The position numbers and the translations under genes are program-made. A DNA stretch of 62,712 nt, filler included, from Sphacelaria rigidula (lineage: Eukaryota), in the NCBI GenBank assembly GCA_964200075.2. It is 11 parts of 11 records of this genome, joined end to end, with 100 filler letters (N's around TTAATTAATTAA, not from the genome) between each part and the next. Parts side by side here need not be neighbours in the genome. Positions count along the whole stretch, not along the records: positions 11,423 to 17,032 come from CAXNAA020025879.1; positions 17,133 to 22,742 come from CAXNAA020025880.1; positions 22,843 to 28,452 come from CAXNAA020025881.1; 8 more parts are not named here. The stretch is one strand, 5' to 3'. The stretch's first letter is position 1. Each line of letters begins with the position of its first letter. This document shows positions 11,958 to 22,979 of this stretch, piece by piece. The notes beneath the pieces were generated by a model. That model was not told the origin of the DNA. It worked only from the letters and a program-made list of their open reading frames with translations, and did no database searches.

Positions 11958-12437
11958 GTATCTTTATGCCCACTCTTCTTCTCAATTAGTGTGGGATGAA
12001 TCTGTGGGTGCACCAGCCGCGTGGGCTGGTGTGTCCACTTCCGCGTGTGGAGACGTCACCCGAGTGTTTTCTCCCTCGGTGTCAACAACACTCGGGTCTC
12101 TCTCACGTGGAAAGGAAGATTTTGCAAGAAGGTACATCATTATTCAGTGTCTGTCTCTGCAAAACTGTGTTTGGGTGGGCGGGCGGTGTCTCAAATCGGT
12201 TCCTGCTTTCCGTGCTGTTTCTCGGTGATCAGGAATCGATGACCAATAAATAACTGGTTACGTGTGGGGCTCGCATGTCACTCTTACTTGACAGTCCCGT
12301 GTCATAACGCCTGCGGCTTTATGTAGAACTTCCTGTCAAAAGATCCTAGGGTATCTTCATGCCAACTCTTCTCGTCAATTAGTATAGGATGAATCTGTGA
12401 GTGCACCATCCGCGGCTGGTGTATCCCCTCCGCCTGT
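11958..12437. repeat. Pair of ~90-bp imperfect direct repeats (11958-12048, 12351-12437) downstream of the recombinase
   Basis: GTATCTT.ATGCC.ACTCTTCT..TCAATTAGT.T.GGATGAATCTGTG.GTGCACCA.CCGCG..GCTGGTGT.TCC occurs twice, 393 bp apart. Confidence 0.75.
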
Positions 12438-12536
12438 ACTCGTCTGAGTTGACCATACCAATTTTCGTTACTCTTGCTAGCTCAATCGTTTGGTGACTTA
12501 CTTCATCCCCTACCCTCTTGGATACGGTCCTCGATG

Positions 12537-13236
12537 TTATCGCACCTGCTGACCTCTCCATGTGTACATGGATTGTTTCCCGAAGGCTGCCCAAGACTTA
12601 CTCTGTTCCTGTAATGGGAACTCGTTAATTTCTCTGTACTGAGCTTCTGAGACACCTTCGATCATTCGGTTTTCAACTGTTCCGGGATCTACCACTTCCA
12701 TCAATCTCATATATCTCCACGCCGTGCTCAGTCTTTTCCAGAAAGCCTTCTGCATTATCATCTTCAAATTGTCGCCTGCCAGGGCACGGGGGACGGCGCC
12801 TCCCGAGCGAAGCGAATGCATAGAGAACGGGCACTTTATTCCAGCATCCTTTCCTCGTTGTCTGAGGGTCGCCGTCATCTGAGCGGCCGGCATCGGTGTC
12901 GAACCGCGTTTCGGGGTTGCTGTCGACGTGTCAATCTGGGGAAAGAGATAGCCTTGGTTCATATTCCAACCCCTTCATGTCCCTACCTTCACCCATTGCT
13001 CCACTGCTCGGACAGGGCATGTCGCGGGGTAGAGCTCATTGTACGGTACAGTGAGTAGATGGTCTGCGCCTCCTCGTAGTGTTTTCCCCCATTGGAAGTT
13101 GATAATGAAACTATTGTGGTTGGGGAGTCTGAGAATGCGTTGGATGAGGGTCCTCGTGAGCTCGTCGCCACGCTTAGTGGTGCTAAATGCTAATGTGAAC
13201 GGGGCGATGTCTCGGGCCAGGAGTACCTGCTCCTTA
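12537..13236 (-). pseudogene. Tyrosine recombinase remnant of a DIRS/Ngaro-type retroelement (or a Crypton)
   Basis: One frame reads EQVLLARDIAPFTLAFSTTKRGDEL...FQWGKTLRGG...CPVRAVEQW..*..GYLFP...HSLRSGGA...FWKRLSTAWRYMR. The R, K, HxxR, W and Y catalytic positions are present. There is an in-frame TGA at 12975-12977, and the 5' end is cut by the foldback element. Confidence 0.88.
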
Positions 13237-14074
13237 GGGCCTGTTGCAGGTTAAGGGCAACGCCAGGGTCATGGCAACTTTTCGCTTAAGGGCAAGCGGT
13301 CCGGATTAAGGGCAAGCGCTCCTGACTATGAGGAAGCGCCTCTGGTTAGGGGGGAACGGCCCGGATTGGGGGCAAGCGCCCCTGACTATGGGTAAGCGCA
13401 CCTGGGTAAGCACACCTGGGTAGGGGGAAGCGCACCTGGGTAGGGGGAAGCGCACCCGGGGAAGGGGAAGTGCACCTGGGTAGGGGGTAGCGCACCTGGA
13501 CACGGGCAAGCGCCCCTGATTATTGGCATCTGCCCCTAGCGACGGAGACGCGATACACGTATTGTCAACATATTCCTGAATCAGCTGAAGAATGCCCACT
13601 AACCAGAGACACACGTATCGTGGGTCCTTAGCACGCCCTAGACAGTTTGGTATTCTTCGGCTCATTCAGGAATATGTTGACAATACGTGTATCGCTTCTC
13701 CGTCGCTAAGGGCAAATGTCAATAATCAGGGGCGCTTGCCCGTGTCCAGGTGCGCTGCCCCCTACCCAGGTGCGCTTCCCCTTTCCCGGGTGCGCTTCCC
13801 CCTACCTAGGTGCGCTTCCCCCTACCCAGGTGTGCTTTCCCTCACCCAGGTGCGCCCCCCATAGTCAGGGGCGCTTCCCTGTATCCAGGTGCGCTTCCCC
13901 ATAGTCAAGGGCGCTTGCCCCTAATCCGGGCCGTTCCCCCCTAACCAGGGGCGCTTCCCCATGGTCAGGGGCGCTTCCCCATAGTCAGGGGCGCTTGCCC
14001 TTAATCTGAACCGCTTGCCCTAAAGCGAAAAGTTGCTCTTAACCAGGCGTTGCCCTTAACCTGCAACAGGGCCG
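13237..14074. mobile_element. Foldback-type palindromic element with internally repetitive arms
   Basis: GGGCCTGTTGCAGGTTAAGGGCAACGCC at 13237 is mirrored by GGCGTTGCCCTTAACCTGCAACAGGGCC ending at ~14073. The arms are built of ~20-21-bp GGG(C/G)AAGCGC(A/C)CCTG subrepeats and meet across a ~45-bp loop (~13600-13643). TTA lies on both flanks (13234-13236, 14075-14077). Confidence 0.9.
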
Positions 14075-15836
14075 TTATTATCGACGCAGTTTTTTGGGAG
14101 ATCATCCTAGTTTTAGGCGTTTTCGCACTTTTTTTCGCACGTTCTCCCAGAATGAAGCGGCGAGACTTTTTGCCAAGCCTTCACGTTTGGCGAAAGTCCA
14201 ATCTTTCGCACCCCAGCACAATACTCTGCAGAGCTGCCCTTAGCGCACGTCGTGGCGCTCGCAAGCATGCGATAGTCATCAGGAACCTTGCTAGTGACAC
14301 CCTGGGCTATGTTGTAGAGTAAAAAGCACCGCGGGGTGGCGATATCTATCTCCTTAGACGGCGTGTGCCCCGGCAGCGGTGTTGGAGCTTTGGGGGTCAA
14401 GCACGGTGGTCGTCGTTGGCAGACATACGCACTTTCGAAGTGAAGAGCAGAAACAGTCCAGTAGCTATCTACTTGCCTGCTGTGCTGCTACGTGTGGATG
14501 CTACCGCACCGTCTGAAAAGTGTATAGCTGATGGTTTAATTGGGTGTATCTGCGCATACAACTCACAGAAAGCAAGCATGATGCAATCTATCTACGGGGC
14601 TTTCTACAGTCCGTATTTTCATTCATGTGTGCTGCTCCGCAATTTCAAATTCTACCAGTGTATGCGATTTGTAGAGGAGAAGCTGTCCGAAATATAGCCT
14701 CTTTTGCTCAATGTGGGAAATTGGACAAACCGAGGATTTGCTTCGAACAGCTTCTGCTGAAGAAATAATCCTACAGATCCTGTAACGAAATAAGTAGGAA
14801 TTTTCATCTTGGGAGTGCCTCCACAGGGTTGCTCACGGTGAGTGTGTCGAGAAAAACGCTAAATAAAATGCTGGTAGAGTTACCAAAGTCTGCAAATGCT
14901 GTACAGGGTTGCTAAACCCTGTAGAGGCGTCCTACAGGGTGCTATCTGTCCACGTGTGAACCAACCTTGCATGCACCGACTCGATTTTTTACCCGAACCG
15001 TTGCGTTTCAATATTATACAGACGGTACAATGTTTCACATTATTCATGGTTCATCAGACGGATATAGCACGATGTCTGCATCCTAGGCGTCATTCTTTTT
15101 CTTTGATTGATTGTGTTGGAGCTCAATCAGGCTTCAGCTTTCGCTTAGTCTTTTCAAGAGCACATTCTTGGTAATGTGAACACCAGGGATCTCAGATAGA
15201 TTCAGTTTATTTTGGAACAGAGTCCAACTGGATGCAAGGAGGCATGTTTATAACCGTCGTGAACGGGCACAATCATCTCATCAGCCCCTGGCCGGGTTAC
15301 GCGTCGGTATCTTCAGCCAGCCCGACGGACATTGCTAGTCGAATGGCTGGCCTATCTTCGTACTGATCCTCCACCACTACGCCGCGATCCGGAACACCCC
15401 CCCTCAGGGCTAGGGTTGAAAAGGCCTCTGACTGCCGTGGTTCGACGATGGATCGCTGCGTCACCATGCTCATCTTCCCCAATCAATCGACATCATCTTC
15501 GTCAACCATGTCAGTACTAGTCGTCAGTTGGCCGACATACTCACAAAATATTGTGAAAAGGCAACACACCGGCGACTCCTTAATGCAGTCGCCGATTTCG
15601 GAAAGTGATTCTACCGACGGAGGTAACAGACGTTCGTCATTAACAAGGATGACGAACTAACCGGCGTGCGTCATTACTAGTACGTCATTTTCAAAGGGGG
15701 CGTATCAACTTTCGTACGTCAAACACTTCAACAAAGCAGGGCTGGGACCACCACCAGCGCACACCCAGTCACAACTCTCAAAACACCTCTCTCATCTTCA
15801 TCTACCAGCATACATCACTACTTCCTTCCTTCAACG

Positions 15837-16188
15837 ATGAGTGGGTCACGCAACGTCTCCAACAACACCAACAACACCAACAACACCAACAACAACCGCG
15901 GAAGAGCTCCTCGCAATACTCGCCGGCACGTGATTCACGATGGTACTGATAACAGAAACAGCCGTCACTGTCGTCAACAAGCGATGAGGCACCTCGGAAT
16001 CACACCACGCGCGAGAGCTCGCCTTCACGACATGGCCGCCCCAGGGACAAGACAGACCATTACAGGAACCAGCATCGACTGGGGGTGCAGGAAGCAGCAC
16101 GTACAGCAGGTGGGAGTGCCTGGACAGACCTGGAACGCAAGGAGGAGGATGGCAAACGACCTGCGCGCCTACGGCTTTTGCGACAAGA
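15837..16188 (+). CDS. Candidate first exon of an unidentified small Asn/Arg-rich protein
   Basis: C/A-rich leader ending TCAACG-ATG, then an open frame MSGSRNVSNNTNNTNNTNNNRGRAPRN...YGFCDK. Composition turns T-rich right after AAGA|GCGAGT (possible GC donor). No recognisable domain. Confidence 0.45.
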
Positions 16189-17879
16189 GCGAGTACGCCA
16201 CGATTTTTTATTTTTTTACTTCATTGAGACAACTGTATTCAATCACAGATATCATTTTCTTTTTAGATCCGAGAATTCTGAATTTGTTTGGTAAGGGCAT
16301 GGATGCATGAACAACCGGATGATTTCGATGTTTCAATCCTAAGGAGGGTATATCTTTCTCTGGCAATGAGGCTATCAAAAGTTGTCTCCCCTTCTACACT
16401 GTACCCGCCGGAATTTTCCAAGTATGGTGGAGATTTAAGAGTATCTAGGGAATTTAAGTCCCGAGTGTGCAGTGTTAATATAGGAGTACTCTCTCTCTTG
16501 ATCTAAGGTTGTTGAGTATCAGAGTACGTGTGCTTGATATTTGCATACTGAGTGAAGTGCTGCATTTTTTGGGGAAACGTTTTTGGCTTCAGGCACCGAA
16601 ATTTTGATGTCATGCAATAGCCCGAGTACATATGTCTAGGGATGAAATTCCACCAGTGACGATATTTCTTCAAGTGAACATATACACCTGTACGCATAAT
16701 AAACAGGCTGATTTTTACGTATCAGCTCAACGTATCTTGGTTGATTCTTTGGTTCGATTTGAGCTGAGTTCTACCCATCGGTACAGCGTACCGTGTAGCT
16801 TTTTTTTGTGGTACTCTTTGTTTATTTGTCTACTTCACGATTTGATTGAAATTTGATTTGCTACCCACGTACAACTCAAGGGGGTGTGTTGGAAACCTAT
16901 ACAGCCAACAGTCTAGCTGTATATCTCCTGTGTGTGAAGTTTTACTCTGTAGCAGATTAGCGGGTCAATGAGTCTCGGTTCAACTAGGAGCCACCCAATA
17001 TTGACCAAAGGTTCAAGCACTGTTTTTTCTGTNNNNNNNNNNNNNNNNNNNNNNNNNNNNNNNNNNNNNNNNNNNNTTAATTAATTAANNNNNNNNNNNN
17101 NNNNNNNNNNNNNNNNNNNNNNNNNNNNNNNNGCCCGCAAGAGGCACCTTGAACATCATCTTCTGCCTACACTCCAAAGCAGCTTGTCTGCTTGCTTGGC
17201 TTAAGTGCCATTGCGCCAACTCTAGCGATCACGTCAAAGGGTTCATCGCGACACTTTTCTAACATTATGAGCACACCGTCACAAGCCTTGAGCCCGAAGA
17301 AAAATAAATATATTTGGAACAAAATCTGACCTCTGTTCACCCCATTGTGAAGTGCTGCACCGTGCAAGCGGAGACGAAGCGATATGGGCTTGTTGGCTGT
17401 GCTTCAAAATACCTGTGGCCGAAGTCTTAGCGCGTGATAAACCCACAGCGCACGTATGGCCGTTACTCCCCACCTGAGCACCTCTACACACGATGTGTGT
17501 GTGGGTTTCACAGAGATTGTCATTATCCAGTGGGTGGCCCAGTACAGATGGATGTTTGTTCACCGTTGCCGCAGCCGTCCAAGTGCGCATCATGTGGGCG
17601 TTAGTGCATCTATGCATCCGCACAGGTTTCAAAGAATAGGTGCACGAAGGTTTTGCCGCGGGAAGGGCGTGTGGTCAATATTTTCAAACGTCTGCTACCA
17701 CCGTGCCAGTTTTCGCACGGGGACGAAATGTGCCGCCGCTCGGTGCACATGCAGGCTGTACCCTTCTCTGTATGCGCGATACTGCCACTGCACACCAAAA
17801 CCTACCGGCGAGCTCATCAGATCGGCGTGACGGTCAAGTACTGATGGAAGGCTCACACCCGGCGATAAAAGGCGTAACG

Positions 17880-20800
17880 TAAGCCGTACTCAATCACAAA
17901 GTAGCATGCAGGTAAAGATTGTAGCAACAGCCTTACCGCGTTCTCCACGTACCTGCGAGAAACCCTGCTGGAATTCCAGTGACGGTCAAGTACCGATGGA
18001 ACGCTGAAACCCGGTAAAAAGAACGGCGTAATGTACGTGGTACCCTGTGGCAAATGGTAGTATGCAGGTGAAGATTGCAGTGGCCAACAGCCTTGCTTCA
18101 TTCTCCAAGTGTCTGCGAGCAAATCTAACCCTAACCATAGGGATGTTCAAATTCCGATGCGGTCCTCTAAGCACGCGGTCCTCTCACGCATTACAATGGA
18201 ACAGTGCACATGTGGAGATTGCCGTGGCCAACAGCTTTGCTGCATTCTTCACGTGTCGGCGAGCAACTCTGCTGGAATACTAATCGGGGCTCGCCGCGAA
18301 TGTTGTGATACCCACCAAGAATGAATCACCACACACACCTAACGTCTAGTACAGATGAAAGGCTCCACTTTAACCCAGAAACATCGCGGGAGTGGCCATC
18401 TATCATATAATACTACACATGCGGAGATTGAAGTGGCCAACAACCTTGCTGCATTCCCAAAGTGTCTGCAGTATCCTCTGCTGGAATATCAATCGGGGCT
18501 CGCCGCGCACGTTGCATTACCCAACACGAATGAATCACCAGATACACCCAACGTCTAGTAGAGAAAGAAGACTTAATTCTGCCAGAGAAACATCACGGGA
18601 GTGGCCATCTACCATAGAACAGAACACAGGTGGAGTTCGCAGTGGCCAACAGCCTTGCTGTATTCTCCACGTGTCTGCAGTAAACTCCGCTGAAATATCA
18701 ATTGGGGCTCGTCGCGAATGTTGCAATATCCAACGCAAATAACCACATCTAACGTCTAGTAGAGATGAAAGACTCCATTTTTTGCCCGAGAAACATCATG
18801 GAAGTGGCCATCTACCATAGAACAGTACACATGTAAGGATTGCAGTGGCCAACAGCCTTGCTGCATCCTCCACGTGTCTGCAGTAAACTCCGCTGAAATA
18901 TCAATCGGGGCTCGTCGCGAATGTTGTAATACCCAACGCAAATAACCACATCTAACGTCTAGTAGAGATGAAAGACTCCATTTTTTGCCATAGAAACATC
19001 ATGGAAGTGACCATCTACCATAGAACAGTACACATGTGAGGATTGCAGTGGCCAACAGCCTTGATGCATCCTCCACGTGTCTGCAGTAAACTCCGCTGAA
19101 ATATCAATTGGGGCTCGTCGCGAATGTTGTAGTATCCAACGCAAATAACCACATCTAACGTCTAGTAGAGATGAAAGACTCCATTCCGCCCGGAAAACAT
19201 CACGGGAGTGGCAGTCTACCATAGAACAGTATACAGGTGGAGATTGCAGTGGCCGATAGCCTTGCTGCATTCCCAAAGTGTCTGTGACCGACTCTGCTGG
19301 AGTACCAGTTGGCGCTCGCCGCGAACGTTGTAATACCCAACACGAAGGAATCACCACACCTCACGTCTAGTATGGATGAAACTCTCCACTTTGCCCGAGA
19401 AACATCATGGAAGTGACCATCTACCATAGAACAGTACACATGTGAGGATTGCAGTGGTCAACAGCCTTGCTGCATCCTCCACGTGTCTGTGGGCAACTCC
19501 GCTGAAATATCAATTGGGGCTCGTCGCGAAAGTTGTAGTATCCAACGCAAATAACCACATCTAACGTCTAGTAGAGATGAAAGATTCCATTCCGCCTGAG
19601 AAACATCACGGGAGTGGCAGTTTACCGTAGAACATTACACAGGTGGAGATTGCAGTGGCCGACAGCCTTGCTGCATTCCCAAAGTGTCTGCGACCGACTC
19701 TGCTGGAATACCAATCGGGGCTCGCCGCGAATGTTGTGATACCCAACGCGAATGAATCACCACACACACCTCACGTCTAGTACGTATGAAAGACTCCATT
19801 CCGTCAGAGAAACATCACGGAAGTGACCATCTACCATAGAACAGTACACATGCGGAGATTGCAGTGGCCAACAGTCTTGCTGCATTCTCCACGTGTCGGT
19901 GAGCAACTCTGCTGAAATACCAATCGGGGCTCGCCGCGGATGCTGTGATACCCGACACGAATGAATCACCACACACACCTGACGTCTAGTAGAGATGAAA
20001 GACTCCATTCTGCTGGAGAAACATCACGGCAGGGGCCATCTACCATGGAAGAGTACACATGTGGAGATTGCAGTGGCCAACAGCCTTGCTGCATCCTCCC
20101 AGTGTCTGCCAGCGACTCTGCTGGACTACCAATCGGGGCTCGCCGCGAATGTTGCGATACCCGACACGAATGAATCACCACACACACCTACCGTCTAGTA
20201 GCGGTGAAACTCTCCACTTTGCCCGACAAACATCACGGAAGTATCCATCTACCATGGAACAGTACACAGGTGGAGATTGCAGTGGCCAACAGCCTTGCTG
20301 CATTCTCCAAGTGTCTGCGAGCAACCCTGCTGGAATACCACTCGGGGCTCGCCGCAAATGTTGCGATCCACGACACGAATGAATCACCACACACGCCTAA
20401 TGTCCAGTAGAGATGAAAGACTCCATTCTGCGCGACAAACATCACGGAAGTATCCATCTACCATAGAACAGTACACATGCGGAGATTGCAGTGGCCAACA
20501 GTCTTGCTGCATTCTCCACGTGTCGGTGAGCAACTCTGCTGAAATACCAATCGGGGCTCGCCGCGGATGCTGTGATACCCGACACGAATGAATCACCGCA
20601 CCTCACGTCTAGTACGGATGAAAGGCTCCACTTTGCCCGAGAAACATCACGGCAGTGGCCATCTACCATAGAATAGTACCCATGTGGAGATTGCAGTGGC
20701 CAACGTCCTTGCTGCATCCTCCCAGAGTCTGCAGTAACCTCTGCTGGAATACCAATCGGGGCATGCCGCGAATGTTGCGATACCCGACACGAATGAATCA

Positions 20801-21735
20801 CCACACGAATATAACGTCTAGTAGAGATGAAAGATTCCATTCCGCCCGAGAAACATCACGGGAGTGGCAGTTTACCATAGAACATTACACAGGTGGAGAT
20901 TGCAGGGGCCAACAGCCTTGCTGCATTCCCAAAGTGTCTGCGACCGACTCTACCACTCGGGGCTCGCCGCAAATGTTGCGATCCACGACACGAATGAATC
21001 ACCACACCTAATGTCCAGTAGAGATGAAAGACTCCATTCTGCGCGACAAACATCACGGCAGGGGCCATCTACCATAGAACAGTACACATGTGGAGATTGC
21101 AGTGGCCTACAGCCTTGCTGCATCCTCCCAGGTCTGCAGTAACCTCTGCTGTAATACCAATCGGGGCTCGCCGCGAATGGTGCAACACCCGACACGAATG
21201 AATCACCACACACACCTAACGTCTCGTAGAGATGAAAGACTCCATTCTGCTGGAGAAACATCACGGAAGTGGCCATCTACTATAGAACAGTACACATGTG
21301 GAGTTCGCAGTGGCCAACAGCCTTGCTGCATTCTCCACGTGTCTGCAGTAAACTCCGCTGAAATATCAATCGGGGCTCGCCGCGAATGTTGCAATATCCA
21401 ACGCAAATAACTACATCTAACGTCTAGTAGAGATGAAAGACTCCATTCCGTCCGAGAAACATCACGGAAGTGACCATCTATTGGAACAGTATACAGGTGG
21501 AGATTACAGTGACCAACGGCCTTGATGCATCCTCCACGAGTCTGCAAGCAACCCTGCTGAAATACCAAATGCGGCTCGCCGCGAATGTTGCAATAGCCAA
21601 CACGAATCAATCACCGACCCTAACGTCTAGTAGAGATGATAGACTCCATTCTGCTCGAGAAACATCACAGAAGTAGCCATCTACCGTAGAACAGTATACA
21701 TGTGGAGATTGCAGCGGCAAACAGGCTTGCTGAAT
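17880..21735. repeat. Tandem array of ~200-209-bp units (17 clear unit starts plus 2-3 degenerate upstream copies)
   Basis: The marker AACGTCTAGTAGAGATGAAAGACTCC or a variant occurs at 18341, 18550, 18751, 18954, 19157, 19362, 19563, 19772, 19981, 20190, 20399, 20604, 20813, 21010, 21218, 21419 and 21622. Spacing is 197-209 bp. Confidence 0.97.
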
Positions 21736-22196
21736 TTTTCCAGCGTTGTTCTGCCGACCCGCCTGAAGGATAGCCGTGTCCTAGGAGACGCCCCAGCGAA
21801 TCTTTTCCTTGCGAACCTGGCGAATGCGATGGCATGGCACCCGTACAGGCGGAAAAGGACAGCAAAACGAGTGGAACGAAACGCAAAAATTGGAATACAG
21901 TAGCACCGCGTGCGCTACCAACCCCGACCTCAGAACGTGTGTCGGTGAAACAGCTTATGTCGGAGATCTGTGGATGAACACGACTGTAGTTGCGGTCAAC
22001 CGCGCCGCAGTTGTTTGTCAAGAACTTTGCAGTGGATCGGATATTCTTTGTGCTTTTACACGTGCTGGAATATATTTTCGTCATGTCTCTACCCGTACCC
22101 CATTCAAAACTGTCAGCCGCACAAGGTGGTTATTACTGTATATCCTTATCCTACTTGCGCGTCACTCGCTGCGCTCTTCAACATTTATTGACTCAC

Positions 22197-22457
22197 GAAG
22201 GCCTGTAGGAGGAGCTCCTTGTTCCCGGCGTCCGGTGCTGAAGCTGCCCTCCCAAGCACGCGACCCTCTTCAAGGTACACCACCTCCGTCTCCAGGTGCT
22301 GCGCCATGGCGCGCATCATCATGCCCCACGTCGTGTTTCCGAGCGGCGTGTCGGATTTTAGCCCGAATGCTTGCTCAAAGGCTTGCGACGTTGCTCCAAG
22401 GTCAACAGAGAAGTCGAGAGTTTCCCACTCCACCGCCTTTTGGAGTAGCAACCGGAC
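22197..22457 (-). CDS. Probable internal exon of an unidentified protein
   Basis: CTAG| acceptor, |GTGAGT donor, 261 bp, phase 0/0; VRLLLQKAVEWETLDFSVDLGATSQAFEQAFGLKSDTPLGNTTWGMMMRAMAQHLETEVVYLEEGRVLGRAASAPDAGNKELLLQAF. Confidence 0.65.
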
Positions 22458-22591
22458 CTAGTGATGGTTTGAGAGGGAATGGCAGTCCGCCCGAACGGTT
22501 GGTCTACTCTTAAGCATGTATTCAGGAGAAATCCGATTGCGGCCAGTAGTTCTACATGAGAAATCTCACGGGAGAGAGAACGGCGGCCGGA

Positions 22592-22662
22592 GGGGGGGGG
22601 GCGTACTCGATTGTTGCTTGCCTTAGTCGTTTGACCACTGACCACGCATCCCTTTCGAGACG
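22592..22662 (-). mobile_element. Severely 5'-truncated LINE 3' end ('family B')
   Basis: G-run followed by CGTACTC.ATTGTTGCTTGCCTTAGTCGTTTGACCA.TGACCACGCATCCCTTTCGAGACG, matching the LINE terminus at 34344-34425. A family A-like end follows immediately at 22664-22742. Confidence 0.8.
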
Positions 22663-22842
22663 TGGGGGGGGAGGGGGGAGGGGGGGGGGGGGGTCCTTAT
22701 GATCATGACAGCCATAGTCACCAGACCCTTGGCGTACTCGGTNNNNNNNNNNNNNNNNNNNNNNNNNNNNNNNNNNNNNNNNNNNNTTAATTAATTAANN
22801 NNNNNNNNNNNNNNNNNNNNNNNNNNNNNNNNNNNNNNNNNN

Positions 22843-22979
22843 TTAAACCCTGAAAAGTTGGCCACGGTCCACACCTATGTGGTAAAAATAAATAAAAACA
22901 AACCTGGGGTTCAAGCATAAACAATCCAGTCGTTCTCGCTTTTATCCCTGAGTTCTGTTTTTTTTCCCCCGAAACTCTC
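22843..22979. mobile_element. Right terminus of the GAGAGTTTCGG TIR family
   Basis: CCCTGAAAAGTTGGCCACGGTCCACACCTA...CCGAAACTCTC|TA matches 9046-9173. Confidence 0.85.

Noticed and set aside
17880..21735. CRISPR-like interpretation of the regular array
   Set aside because: The whole 200-209-bp unit is homologous between copies. There are no unique spacers and no cas genes, and the context is eukaryotic.
21809..22513. 234-aa plus-strand ORF
   Set aside because: It overlaps a better-supported minus-strand exon (22197-22457) and has no recognisable features.
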